A stretch of 63,416 bases of DNA, counting the filler, from Perkinsus chesapeaki ATCC PRA-425 (lineage: Eukaryota; Protista; Perkinsozoa), in NCBI GenBank assembly GCA_013115145.1. It is 4 parts of 4 records of this genome, joined end to end, with 100 filler letters (N's around TTAATTAATTAA, not from the genome) between each part and the next. Parts side by side here need not be neighbours in the genome. Positions count along the whole stretch, not along the records: positions 31,820 to 60,273 come from JAAPAO010000471.1; positions 60,374 to 61,921 come from JAAPAO010001903.1; positions 62,022 to 63,416 come from JAAPAO010001986.1; 1 more part is not named here. One strand, given 5' to 3'. The notes under the pieces are model-generated. The model saw nothing but the letters and a program-made list of their open reading frames with translations. It ran no database searches and was not told where the DNA came from. This document shows positions 50,101 through 62,332 of the stretch, piece by piece; position 1 is the first letter of the stretch, and every line of letters starts with the position of its first letter. Both the position numbers and the translations under genes were made by a program.

Positions 50101-53100
50101 TTTGTTTGAACTCCGGTGAAATTATCAAACTTTCAGCAACCACTACGATGATTTTCGAAGTGCGTGATCTGGCGGTGGCGTCTCCGGCGACGGTTTCACG
50201 GTGCGGCATGGTCTTCATGGAGCCGGATTCGGACCTGGGATGGAAGCCGATCGTGCTGTCTTGGCTCGACTATCAGATTCCTGACTATATCAGAAAAGAG
50301 CATCGCGATCTGCTCTGGAAATTATTTGAAAATAATTTTGAGATTTGCCTCGAGTGCACGCATAGGGTTCGAACCCCAGTCGCTGTGATTGACAATTGGC
50401 TGGCGGACAGCGCGTGCAGGTTGATGGAATGCCTTTTCGAAGACTCTGAGGAGCGTTACTGCCGACCGACTACGAGCGACGATGATGAGCATTCTCAGAG
50501 CGCTGCGGACCGGGAGCAACTAATCTATGCCGTATTCTTCTTCGCAATGTTGTGGACATGTGGAGCGTGCACGGACCAGGAGGGACGAGCCTTTGTGGAG
50601 TCAGTCATCCGGGCGATGTTTGAGAATAAGAAGGAATTTATCAAAAAGCAGGATTTCGTGACGCAGTGGGAAATGACGGAGCTCGTCAGCGGGCTGTCGC
50701 CAGCACCGCTGCCGAGCAAGGGACTGCTGCACGACTATTTCATCGATTCGGCCGATGGAGGAAAGTGGAAACCGTGGACGGAAAAAATAGGGAATTTCGA
50801 CGTTCCCAAGGACGCTCAATTCCACACTATTATTGTGCCCACCAGCGATACCGTCCGGAACCAGTTTTTGATCAGGACGTTGATCGAGAAGGGGAAGCAT
50901 GTGCTGATGTCGGGGGTGACGGGAACAGGCAAAACGGTGTCGATTGCGGGCATGCTTTTGAACGGATTTGACAAGGAAAAATATTCGACGATTTCCTTTG
51001 CGTTTTCGGCGCAAACTACGGCGAACCAGACGCAGGATATTATCGATGGGAAATTGGACAAAAGACGGAAGGGCGTTTTCGGTCCGCCGATCAACAAAAA
51101 AATGCTTGTGTTTGTGGACGATGTCAACATGCCGGCAAAGGAGACCTATGGCGCTCAGCCACCAATCGAAATTCTGAGGCAAGGATTGACAATGAGTGGT
51201 TGGTATGATAGGAAGACGTGGGAGTTCAGACAGTTTGTCGATATGCAGTATCTGGCAGCGATGGGACCGCCAGGGGGAGGGAAGAACGATATCACTGATA
51301 GATACTCGAGACAGTTCAACCTTATATTCGTCACACCATTCGATGATGAATCTCTGGCGAGAATTTTCACAACGATGGTTCAAAAGTTCCTTGGGGTGAT
51401 GCCTCGGGAAGTGGCGGCGAATGCTCCTACGGTGGTGGCCGCGACTATAGAGGTTTACAATACGATGTCGGCGGAGATGTTACCAACTCCGGCGAAGTCG
51501 CATTACACTTTCAATCTGAGAGATCTCAGTAAAGTGTTCCAGGGCATTTGCCAGTGTACGAGGGAGAGCTTGCCCAAGGTGGGTCAATTGGCGAAGGATA
51601 TTTGAAATCTGTAAATGACGTTTGTGAGGTCTCTCCTACTCGCCGTCGGAATATCTCTCTCATCAAACTAGGGTACATTCTGCGCCATCTCTCAGTCGAA
51701 TCCGTCGCCGAACGATCTCTTTTCAAGCAATTTGGAAATCCGTTTTCTGAAGATATTTGTTTTTAGGCGGAAAAATCTTCCGGATTCCTTTACGTCGAAT
51801 CTTGGTGTAGTTTGCTCCCCTCATCACCGTGTGTGGGCGAGGATGCGCCTTCATCCCGACGCTGTCACTTGTCAATCCTCGCACTTGCAAAATATGCGAT
51901 TGTCTCATGGTAAATTGGTCACTTTTGTCAGGTAGACGATCTTGCAAAATGTTGGATGCATGAGTGTCAGAGAGTCTTCGAGGACCGTTTGGTTAACAAG
52001 CCCGATCACAACTGGTTCTTCTTCCTCATAAAACGCCTCCTCGATCGCCACTTTAAAAAACAATATGACCAAGTTGTAAAACAGGAGCCGATCGTCTTTG
52101 CGAGTTTTGTCGACCCGAAGTCGACAAGCTATATGGAAGTGCAGGACCACCAAAAGTTGCAGGAAAAAATGACGACGTGTTTGGAGGACTTCAACGCAGT
52201 TTCGAAGATTCGAATGGATCTTGTCCTCTTTACGGCGTTCATACAGCACATTTGCCGCGTTGTGAGGGTAAGTTGTCACGCGCCAGGAAATTATCAAATT
52301 TATAAAAACGAATTTTCCCGTGGAAAAATCGGTTCTGGTGTTAAGCAGGAAGTTTTCTTTCTTCAATATCTTAGGTCGAAGCGCGAGAAATTGGTACAAG
52401 TGCCTGGTGGTCGAATCTTTAGCATTTTAGGTCCTCAAGCTTCCGCTTGGTAACGCTTTATGTGTTGGTGTTGGTGGAAGTGGACGAAAAAGCACTGCGA
52501 CACTGGCGGCGTTCGTGGCCGACTTCAACCTGTTCCAAGTGCAGATCTCGAAATCGTACGGGATGACCGAGTGGCGAGACGATATGAGGAAGCTGCTTAT
52601 GTCTGCCGGGTGCGATGACAAAAATATGGTGTTCCTTTTCCCGGACACGCAAATTGCCAATGAGAACTTCCTTGAGGATGTCAGCAGCATGCTTAATACT
52701 GGTGAAGTGCCGAATTTGTATGCCAATGAGGACAGAATGGAAATTCTGGAGAAGTGCAGCAAGATGGCGAGTGCTGATGGCAAGACCGGACCGAATGAGG
52801 TCTTTGCTTGGTGAGTCAGTGGCTGCCTAGGTTGATTAGTGCAGCAGCGACTGGGGAAAGATTCCTGGCGTTTATGTCGTGAGGATTCATTATTTTTCAT
52901 GACTAGTACCCGTGAGAAAATTTGTGATGAAATTTCGGGTCGATCGGAAAAAATTTCCGGAAAAGTTTCCAGTAAAAAAATTCCGGAAAAGTTTTCAGTG
53001 AAAAATTTCCGGAAAAGTTTTCAGTAAAAAATTTCCGGAAAAGTTTTCAGTGAAAAATTTCCGGAAAAGTTTTCAGTAAAAAAATTTCCGGTGTATACAA

Positions 53101-56100
53101 ATTACCTGGGGGCATTTTACGTAACTTCCTAGTGTTGTTCAGGTACGTCGAGAACTGCCGTAAGAATCTTCATATCGTCTTGGCCATGAGCCCCATCGGT
53201 GACAAATTCCGAAAGCGTCTCCGTATGTTCCCGAGTCTTGTGAACTGTTGCACAATCGATTGGTAAGCAACCGCGCTCGGGCTTGAATTTTCGAATCGAA
53301 GCGTTGGCCTCTATCCAGCTGGCCAATACAATCACGAGGGACTGGATTCTGCGAAAAATGATTTTAGTAGTCTTGGTATTAGTTCCATTTCGAGGAGAAG
53401 ATATCGCGTAGCTAGTGCATGCTTGAAGCTAAGATACTTGTCGGTGCACAACGCTGTGATTTACTCAGGTTCATGGAGTGGCCGCCGGATGCCCTCACTG
53501 CTGTGGCGATGCAGTTCCTGAAGACGCAGGAGATGCCCGAGAATGTGTTAAACGGTGTGGTGAAGATTATGGTGGATATGCAGACATCGGTATCGACATT
53601 AACGGAGAGATTCCTATCCGAGCTCCGGCGGTAAGATAGGTCCACGGGTTCATAGAGCTCCGCGGAAATGGGTTTTTCAAAGCGCGCTTCGAGCTTAGAT
53701 TCGCAACGGCACAAGTGTTCCTTCTGGAAATAACATCTCTCGTTCTTCCGTGCTTTTGCATAGGACTGGTACCACCTTTCAGACATTACTATGTCACACC
53801 GACCTCTTATTTGGAGCTAATCAATTCGTTCATACAAATGCTCAAGCAACAACGACACGTCGTCTCCCAAGCCAAGTGGCGCTATGACGTGGGCCTTGAA
53901 AAATTGGCGGACACGGCGAGCCAAGTGGCGACCATGCAAAAGGAACTTGAGGACCTTCAACCTAATCTGGAGAAGGCGGCGAAGGAGACCAGTGAGATGA
54001 TGATTCTGGTGGAAAAGCAGCAGGGGGAGGCGGCCGAGAAACAGAAGCTGGTCGACGCTGAAGCGGCTGCTGCGAACGAGCAGGCGCGAGCTGCCGAGGA
54101 AATTGCTGCAGACTGCCAGAAGGACTTGGCCGCTGCAATGCCGGCCTTGGAGGCTGCTGTGGACGCGCTGAGCAAGCTGAGCAAGGGAGATATCACTGAG
54201 GTTAAAGCGATGAAGACGCCACCTGGTAGGGTAGGGAGCTTTAGTCGGCTCGCATCTCTATTCGGGAAGTCTGGTTTCAATCATTGAATCGGATCATCTT
54301 ACAAATCGATTGCATTCCGCGATGACAGATCAGATCGTACGTCGCGAATCTGTTGCAACTATTATAGGGTACCCCAAAAAATGCGTTTTTCCAACTTTTC
54401 AAGAAAGGCGAATATTTTGTCGACACCAAAAGTTCGTCGAAAAAGCACATCTTCTTGGGGACACCCTGTGGGATTTTTTTGTTAATATTCAAGGAGGTTT
54501 CAGATGGTGATGAATGTTTTAATCTAACCTCACTTCCCTGAGATAGGCTGATTGGTTATCGTAGTCATGCCGGGCACTGGGGACTCGCATCTCGGGTTTT
54601 GCCCCTATGGTCACTTCTTGCTCAGGTGGTGTCGTACTGGTGGCCCAGGCTCTGTGCTACTTCTTCGGCGTGAAGCCTAATAAAGTACCGGCGCCAGATG
54701 GAAAGGGAAAAGTGGACGATTTCTGGGAGCCTGCGAAAAAGGAGCTTCTTGGTGATCCGAGATTGCTCGATCGGCTCATCAATTTTGACAAGGACAATAT
54801 TTCGGAAGAGGCGATGAAAAAAGTGAACATATTTTTTGCCGGGCAAAGTTCATCACAATTTTCAGGTTAAACCGCTCTACGACGATCCAAACTTCGAGCC
54901 CGAGGTGATCAAAAAGGCGTCAATCGCTGCAATGGGTATCTGCAAATGGGCACGTGCAATGGTGGTGTATGACAAAGTCGCGAAGGAAGTCGGCCCTAAG
55001 AGAGCAGCGCTCGCACAAGCCGAGGGAAAGGCCGCCGCGGCGAAGGCTAAACTGGCTGAGAAGGAGGCCGAATTGGCTGAAGTGATCGCGCTGGTCGATA
55101 AGTTGGTGTCGGATTTGAACAATGCGAAGGAGTATATGGAGGAGTTGCAGAAGCAGAGAGACGATTGTGCTGCAAAGCTTATCAGGTCGGGGGTTCGATC
55201 CCGTCCTGGGGCTTTTATTTCTGCTTTTTGCTCGTTTGTTTGGAATGGGGCGCTGCTTATTGTCGAGGCATTCAAAATTTGCAGAATTGGAGAGCGAACA
55301 GCCGGTGGTCGCGAGGACAAAGCGACTGTCTGTTTTCCAGGGCCGAAAAGCTCATCACTGGTTTGGGTGGTGAGAAGTCGAGATGGACTGCTGCCTCGAA
55401 CAGACTTGGCACCGATTACAACAATCTTTCCGGCGACATTCTCATCGCAAGTGGGATCATCGCCTACCTTGGTAAGAGGGAACTCTTTGCGCAAACTGGT
55501 GGGAATTAATCGACCAATTACAATATTTTCGAAATATGTGCATAGCCGACCGCATTCGGTTAAAAAGTCGAAAGCGAAGTTGGGCCGAAGCAAACGGGCT
55601 TCGGCTGAACTTTTGTTGAGTTCCGGTCGGTTTATAGAGCTCATAGAGCGTGCTTCTGGGACGGTGTGGTTTGGAAATTGTAGAGCTTGAATGAGGGAGG
55701 GTAATAGATAGTCGAACACTAGTCGTAGAATCTTTTACTTCCTGGAATATCCGTTAGAAATCGGAATGTATTCCTTTTGTCGGGTGAGGGACGTATCTCC
55801 TATTTGGTATGGGCTTGAGGATCCCTCCCCCATCGATGAGATGGCGAGATATCAGACTCTTAGGTGTTTTCACGGCCTCCTATAGAAGTGATGTGATGGA
55901 AAAGTGGCTCGGCCGGCTACAGGATTTGAAGATTCCTGCAAGCCCTCAATTTAGCTTACAAGCTTGCATTGGCGACGCGGTGAAGATCCGGCAATGGTAG
56001 GTTTGGGAGGCGCTGTGTGGATGGAGGGCTTCATTAGGGTCATCGACAAACTGCCTAATGATTCGCTCTCGATCGACAACGCTATCATTTTGAGCAACTC

Positions 56101-59100
56101 GAGGCGATGGCCTCTGATGATAGACCCTCAGCAGCAAGCTAACAAATGGATCAAGAATATGGAGAAGAATCTTCAGGTTGGACTGACCGCTTGTTGGATC
56201 ATTACATTTCAAATGCGCTAGGTGTTGAGGCTGTCGAAGAACTATGCACGAGAATTGGAAAATGCCATCCAATTTGGGAACCCCGTTTTGATCGAGAACA
56301 TTGCTGAGACGCTGGACCCGATGCTTGATCCTTTGCTCCAGAAGGCCACCTTCAAGCAGGTGGGTCCTGAAAGTCACCGCGCCACGAAATTATTCTTGTA
56401 GGGCAATTTGGAGATGATACGATTGGGAGACAGTACGATCGAGTGGTCAAAGGATTTCCGGTTATACTTCACAACGAAGCTGCCGAACCCTCATTATGCA
56501 CCGGAGATCTGCGTGTCCGTTACCATCCTCAACTTCATGGCTACAGTCGATGGCTTGCAAGACCAGATGCTGGGTAGGTCGGATCCGTCCGGAGCGGTAA
56601 ACCCAAATCGGCGCGTTCCGGTCGGATGGTGCTCGAATTTGACTCCATCGATAATGCGAAAAGTTGCTGCACTTGGGAAACTCCACGTGTCAGTAGTTGG
56701 AAAAAGGAAAAGTTTATCCTTGAGGGAATATAAGAAAGTTTTCTGCCAAGTGAGCTGAAGACAAAGCTGGAGACATGATTCTTATTTAACGAGGACCGAA
56801 GGTTAATCGATAAATGGCTAGCGGATCGGTTGTTTTTGAGGAGCTTTTATGCGCCTTAGAGTACCGAGGGAGATAGGTTGATATATCATTGCATCGTTGT
56901 CTCATGGCTCATTGTTGATATTCATGAAGCTTCACTTGCTTGATGTTGCAGGTATTGTAGTTGCCAAAGAGGAACCAGAGATCGAGGCGAAGCGTGTGAG
57001 TCTGGTGGTGGAGAGTGCGCAGTCTAAAGCACAGCTCAAGGAGATCGAGGACCGGATACTGGCGCTACTGTCTAGCGCCACTGGTACGGGACTTCAACTA
57101 GGAGGAACTGCATCACTCCGCCTCTTTAGGCAATATCCTTGATGATGAGGAGCTGATCGAGACATTATCGAACTCGAAGATTGCCAGTCAAAAAATTGAA
57201 GAGCAAGTCCAGCAGCAGGAACGCACTGCCGCTCAAATTCAAGAGACTAGGCAATCCTATAGGCCTTTGGCTCTGAGGTGGGATACGACCTGTTCAAGCA
57301 GCGCTGAGAAAAGCCGAATTTCACTTTGTTTCTCGCACATTCCTGGCAGTTGTAGGATTAGTGGACCCATAGTGGACCTTCATTCCTCTCAGATCAGCCT
57401 CCCTTTTCTTCGTGGTATCTGACCTCTGCATTGTGGACCCTATGTACCAATACTCTTTGGATTGGTTTATTATGATATTTATAATGTCGATTGACCAAGC
57501 CGAGAAGGCACCCTCGCCAGCTGACCGAATGGCGAATCTTTCCAAGTAAGTTTGAAGTAGCCACGTCGATTACAGTATCCCTTTCAGTTCAACAATTCGT
57601 CTTTTGTATGTGATGGTGTGCCGCTCGTTGTTTGAAGCTCATCGTCTGTTATTCTCCATGCAACTGGCATTTAAGATGCAAGAAGTCGACAAGGAGCTCA
57701 ACTTCAAACAGATGCGGCTTTTCTTGACCGGAGGCGGAGGGGGTGGTGCTCCATCTGAGGAGAAGCCTCCTGACACAGCGTGGCTTACTGGTAGGCATAC
57801 CACCTCGAGTTAAAGTATGCTTTTACTTCTCCTGTGCATTCCGCTATGATAGAGAATTACTTTGCTCCAAAGATCTTGCTTACTTCTCCACACGATTTTC
57901 CCGGCTTCAGTTTGAAACTCACGGTACACTGTGAACATCAGTGAAGCAAACCGCAGGCGTCGGTTTACGTTGCTTTGCAGATATCTCATGGGGAAGAGTG
58001 CTGGAGTTGGCTAAATTAGGCGAGACTTTCGACGGTTTTCAAGAGTTATTCAAATCCCAGCTCGAAGGTTGGAAGGTGAGACGTCTCCTCCTTGATAGAG
58101 CAGCGATGACCCGTCACCTTGTCAGGCTGTGTTCGATTCTGATAATCCGCGGGACCTGGAATGGCCCATGAGCTTCGAGAAGAAGTGTAGCCCGTTGGAG
58201 AAGGCATTAGTCCTCCTGGCAGTCCGAGCAGACGCACTCGTTCCAGCCATACAGGAGATCGTCGATAAAAAATTAGGTAAGATAGACGTCACTGCGCCCG
58301 GAAATTATCGCTTTCCGGATCGGCTCGCAATATTTCGGGTTTCGCTTCACTGGACCTCTCGGATGGCATTTGACTTTGTGTTTTAGGGAGCTTCTTCTTG
58401 GAACCACCACCGTTCGATCTAGAAGCCTGCTATAACGATTCTAAGAGCTGCATACCTCTGGTCTTCGTGCTCTCGAGCGGCAGCGACCCAATGGCTGATA
58501 TTATCAAGCTAGCCGAAGGGAAGGGTATGCTTGCTAATATCTCGGCGATCAGTCTGGGACAGGGCCAGGGTGAGCTTGAGGCTCCCGTCTTGGTCTGAAA
58601 AGGGCTGTCAGGACCGAAGGCGATGGCGGCACTTGAAGAGGGAACCAAACACGGCAAGTGGGTGTTGCTGCAGAACTGTCATTTGGCAGTCAGCTGGATG
58701 CCTGTCCTCGAAAAAGTGAGAGCTTTTGGCGCCGCTGCTCATTTCACGCGCCTCAAAATTTCAGGTTGTAGAAGATTTCCGGGAGGAAGATATAAACCCT
58801 GCATTCCGTCTGTGGCTCACCGCCATGCCAAGTCCAGCATTCCCCATCTCGGTTCTCCAGAACGGCATCAAAATGACACTGGAACCGCCCAAGGGTCTGA
58901 AGAACAGTTTAGTTCGGGCGTATATGGGTAAGTGGTATTACTTGGGTTCTTACTAAGTCTTGACAATGAATGATCAACAGGTATGGATGACGAATGGTTT
59001 GAGAGCTGCAGTAAACCGCAAGCTTTCAAGAAGCTCCTGTTCGGCTTGTGCTTCTTCCACGCTGTCATTCTGGAACGAAGGCAGTTTGGCCCTCTGGGAT

Positions 59101-60273
59101 GGAATATACCGTACCAGTTCTCGGAGCCCGATCGAGATATATCTCGCCAGCAGCTGAAGAACTTCTTGGATGACTTTGAGGGTATTCCCTGGAAGGCTCT
59201 GAGCTATATGGTCGCAGAAGCCAATTATGGTGGTCGAGTTACGGACGCTCAAGACCGGAGAGCTATTGTGCACATTCTGACAGATTATTACACGGAGCGT
59301 ATCCTCAAAGAAGAGTACAAATTCAGCATCAGTGGCATTTACTTTGCTCCTAAGGAAGGAACCTTGTCATCCTACATGGAATATATCCGAGAGCTTCCTA
59401 TCAATCAAACGCCTGAGGTATTCTGGCTCCATAACAATGCCAATCTCACTGCGGCCATCAACGAGGGTATGGAAATCCTAAGAACGGCGGTTATGCTCAT
59501 GCCGAAGACTGGTGGGGGCGATGCCGAGGAGGGAGAGAAGGAGCAAAGTCCGGAAGAAATCTACGGTGAAAGAGCAGCCGAGATCGTAGCATCTTTACCG
59601 CCGAACTTCGACGTGGAAGCGGTCCAGAGAGTGTACCCGGTTCGGTACGATCAGTGCCTGAATACAGTTCTAGTACAGGAGCTTTTAAAATGCAACAAGC
59701 TGCTCAATAAACTCCGGGACACTTTGGTGAATTTACAGAAGGCCGTCAAGGGTCTGGTGGTATTCAGTCCAGATTTAGAGGAAGTAGCCGAGGGGTTGCT
59801 CAGCAACAAGGTCCCATCGGTCTGGGCAAAGGTGTCGTATCCTAGTTTGAAACCATTGGGAAGCTATGTGGCTGATTTCTTGCAACGCTTGAAGTTCTTT
59901 GATAACTGGATCAAGATGGATGCCCCGACAGTGTTCTGGTTCTCCGGCTTCTTCTTCCAACAGGCATTCCTCACAGGAGTGCTGCAAAACTTCGCACGCA
60001 AGGACAAGATCGCGATAGATCGATGCATTTGGAATATGGAGGTCCTGAAGGCTGACAATACGAGACCAGATGAACCGGAAAAAGGCTGCATTATCAGAGG
60101 CCTATTCATGGACGGTGCAAGGTGAGCTTGTTGGATCCGAGCCAACGGCTGCAGTTCTTCCTGTTAGATGGGATGATGATAAGATGGTCATTGCTGACTC
60201 CTTCCCAAAGGTGTTATTTTCGGAAGTCCCATGCATTTGGCTGAAGCCTGTTGAAATGGATAAAGATGAGACG
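34501..60273 (+). CDS. Giant multidomain axonemal dynein heavy chain (single-headed inner-arm type motor) with N-terminal 3xTIR-EF-ARM-Tudor-2xPA14-WD40 extension; 3' end lost in gap
   Basis: 28 phase-consistent GT-AG exons 34501-44843 (4845 nt) splice in phase 0 to the dynein tail exon at 45255; AAA1 GPAGTGKT 47696, [11 protein letters not shown]2 GLPPC|GKT, AAA3 GVTGTGKT 50913, AAA4 GVGGSGRKS 52467, stalk/MTBD 53900-55200, AAA5 [16 protein letters not shown]6 [10 protein letters not shown]-terminal [10 protein letters not shown]. Confidence 0.85.
36150..37671 (+). CDS. TIR-like domain 2 of the dynein fusion
   Basis: [17 protein letters not shown]|..[35 protein letters not shown]|VHITLLHV..|[19 protein letters not shown]. 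Confidence 0.7.
37849..38230 (+). CDS. EF-hand-like pair of the dynein fusion
   Basis: [23 protein letters not shown] (degenerate loop, Q at position 12) plus a second helix-loop-helix [19 protein letters not shown]. Confidence 0.6.
38805..39768 (+). CDS. TIR-like domain 3 of the dynein fusion
   Basis: [24 protein letters not shown]; [38 protein letters not shown]; [17 protein letters not shown]. Confidence 0.75.
39808..41002 (+). CDS. Armadillo repeats of the dynein fusion
   Basis: [60 protein letters not shown]|[10 protein letters not shown]. Confidence 0.8.
41059..43260 (+). CDS. Tudor/agenet-like domain followed by two PA14 domains of the dynein fusion
   Basis: [35 protein letters not shown]; PA14-1 [47 protein letters not shown]|[10 protein letters not shown]; PA14-2 [10 protein letters not shown]|[40 protein letters not shown]. 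Confidence 0.85.
43310..44800 (+). CDS. Seven WD40 repeats of the dynein fusion
   Basis: Repeats ending KICVWD, SISQWE, SVRIWE, CIRFWD, TIKIWD, LVQLFS, TIRLWH. Confidence 0.9.
52948..53091. repeat. 26-bp quasi-palindromic tandem repeat (~5.5 copies) in a dynein intron
   Basis: TTCCGG cores at 52955, 52981, 53007, 53033, 53059, 53086; unit AAAAATTTCCGGAAAAGTTTTCAGT[G/A]. Confidence 0.95.
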
Positions 60274-60373
60274 NNNNNNNNNNNNNNNNNNNNNNNNNNN
60301 NNNNNNNNNNNNNNNNNTTAATTAATTAANNNNNNNNNNNNNNNNNNNNNNNNNNNNNNNNNNNNNNNNNNNN
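60274..60373. other. Artificial contig linker (N run with TTAATTAATTAA)
   Basis: 100 nt, core at 60318-60329. Confidence 0.97.
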
Positions 60374-61617
60374 CTAGGAGTAGCTACGAACATCCAAGTT
60401 TCATATACGAATTTAAAGCTGCACTCTACGATTATGGTCTTTTGTTAGATGAAAGATACCTTTTGTTTCTTTAACTTCCTCTTTTGTTTGTCGAATTTGA
60501 GATTGAAAAGGTGTAGAAAACACGGGTCCTTAGTAAGTTTCTTGTTGCACTCACAAATGATATTAATCATATCCCTTACTGTACGCTCGTGGCGACAGGT
60601 AATCAATGCATTATGAAGGTTATCTAGTCAGGGTACGGTTATCTCAAACAGTTCATTTTAGCTACAGATGCTATCAATGTGGTCTGTAGTATCTAAACCA
60701 GCTCCAAGTCGGGGCTCGGGGCTAGGAGCGTTCTCATTGTCAGTTGTATGATGAGTCGCCCGTAATCTATTATACACATTGATGTTTTCATCGCAACCCC
60801 TCAAATGCAGTGTTAAGTTTTCATAACGAGCTTGCAACATAGACGCTATGTCGCCATAAGGAGAGCGCCAATAGTGGTTGCACGCATATGCATAGCGCAG
60901 CGGAGTAGTCGAGGAGTTCCCTTATTTCTATTAAGTATCAGTTTATGAGGAAATGTGCTATGGTAGTATCTTTATTGGTGCTTAATCCGTCAATGTCACC
61001 ACCTGTTGGGTCCGGTGAAGGGGATGGATTGATACAGCTATCTCACGCTTCTTTTCGTAAGGAAAAGAAGCTGAGGTTCCTTCAGGAAACTGGCCTCTTT
61101 TAAAACTGCATTGGACTTGGAGATCGTAGCGCTATAAAATGCTGTTGAAGATTGTGACTAATAACCTCACTTTCTAGCACTTTTATCACATCCATTTGTA
61201 AGGAATCACTCTAAAGACCCATAGAGGCAAATGACCGCATTCCATTATAATTAGCGACACTGTTAGGATGGAACACTTGGAACTCATTTCCCGGGGCCCT
61301 TGATATCCGAGGCCCTCAGAGACATCCTCAATTTGCTCATAGGGCGGTCCTTGCCTAACAGGAGGCCGCCCACAGAGCATAACAGCGTAGCGTAGCGTTG
61401 TCAATGATGAAAACATGTAGAAAAGACGAAGTCCGAGTTATGTACACATCGTTCCATCCATCCTGGTCGACGACGTTGCGGTCCGATACTCCCAAAACTC
61501 AACAAGCTTCTCTTATCCAAAAACTGCTAAATGAAAAGAGCCTTGAATAGCATCGGTAAAGATAACAAATGAGTAATAAAGGAGGGCACCATATGAACAC
61601 TTTGAGAAATTTCGGCT

Positions 61618-61870
61618 TCAGGGGCCTCGAAGCCGACTTGTGACTGGCGTGCCAGCAAGCACATTATCCTCGATGCCACACTGACCAAACGCTATTTTAA
61701 ACATACCATTATCGCCCCAATTCTTATTCCATGAGTTAACAACCAACCAGTAGTCATCACCATTCGCTTTGCCCCAACCTATTATTTTGACTGCATGGCC
61801 ACCAAGTGCGGTGTGAGATGTACGTTTGTATACGCCAGATTTATACGAAAGTGCTGTTCCGTAGAACTGT
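61618..61870 (-). CDS. Cathepsin B-like cysteine protease (C1A), last exon; 5' part lost in gap
   Basis: [45 protein letters not shown], with catalytic His and Asn. Confidence 0.93.
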
Positions 61871-61921
61871 AACCAACTCAAACGCGCAAAGCAATAAACC
61901 AGATACTTGTCCTTTGAGGCC

Positions 61922-62021
61922 NNNNNNNNNNNNNNNNNNNNNNNNNNNNNNNNNNNNNNNNNNNNTTAATTAATTAANNNNNNNNNNNNNNNNNNNNNNN
62001 NNNNNNNNNNNNNNNNNNNNN
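61922..62021. other. Artificial contig linker (N run with TTAATTAATTAA)
   Basis: 100 nt, core at 61966-61977. Confidence 0.97.
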
Positions 62022-62320
62022 TTGATGGCACATCTATATGACCTCCAAGTAGAACTGGCAAGGCTAAGGTCTACGAAGTGCTGTTGTGTAGAAGGTAAGA
62101 AGGGCAACCCGCTAGCAACAAGGGAAGCATTATACACCGGGCTAGCCTTGACGATTTGTAACTTAACCAACGTACCTACCGGTAGATCAGAAGGTGGATC
62201 CCACGCCGCAAAGGATGATAGAGAGAAAATACCAGCTCTCGCCAAGGCAGCCAACAGCTTAGATGGATGCCTTATCACAGATATGATGAGTGGGTTGATA
62301 TCCAGGGGACGATCAGACAT
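62022..62320 (-). CDS. Probable N-terminal part of the tyrosine recombinase ORF
   Basis: ATG just after the RT-RH stop; ends at the gap with FVDLSLASSTWRSY, like the S.A.ST..SY start of the YR N-terminal domain; catalytic residues not visible. Confidence 0.6.
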
Positions 62321-62332
62321 AGGAGGATGAAG

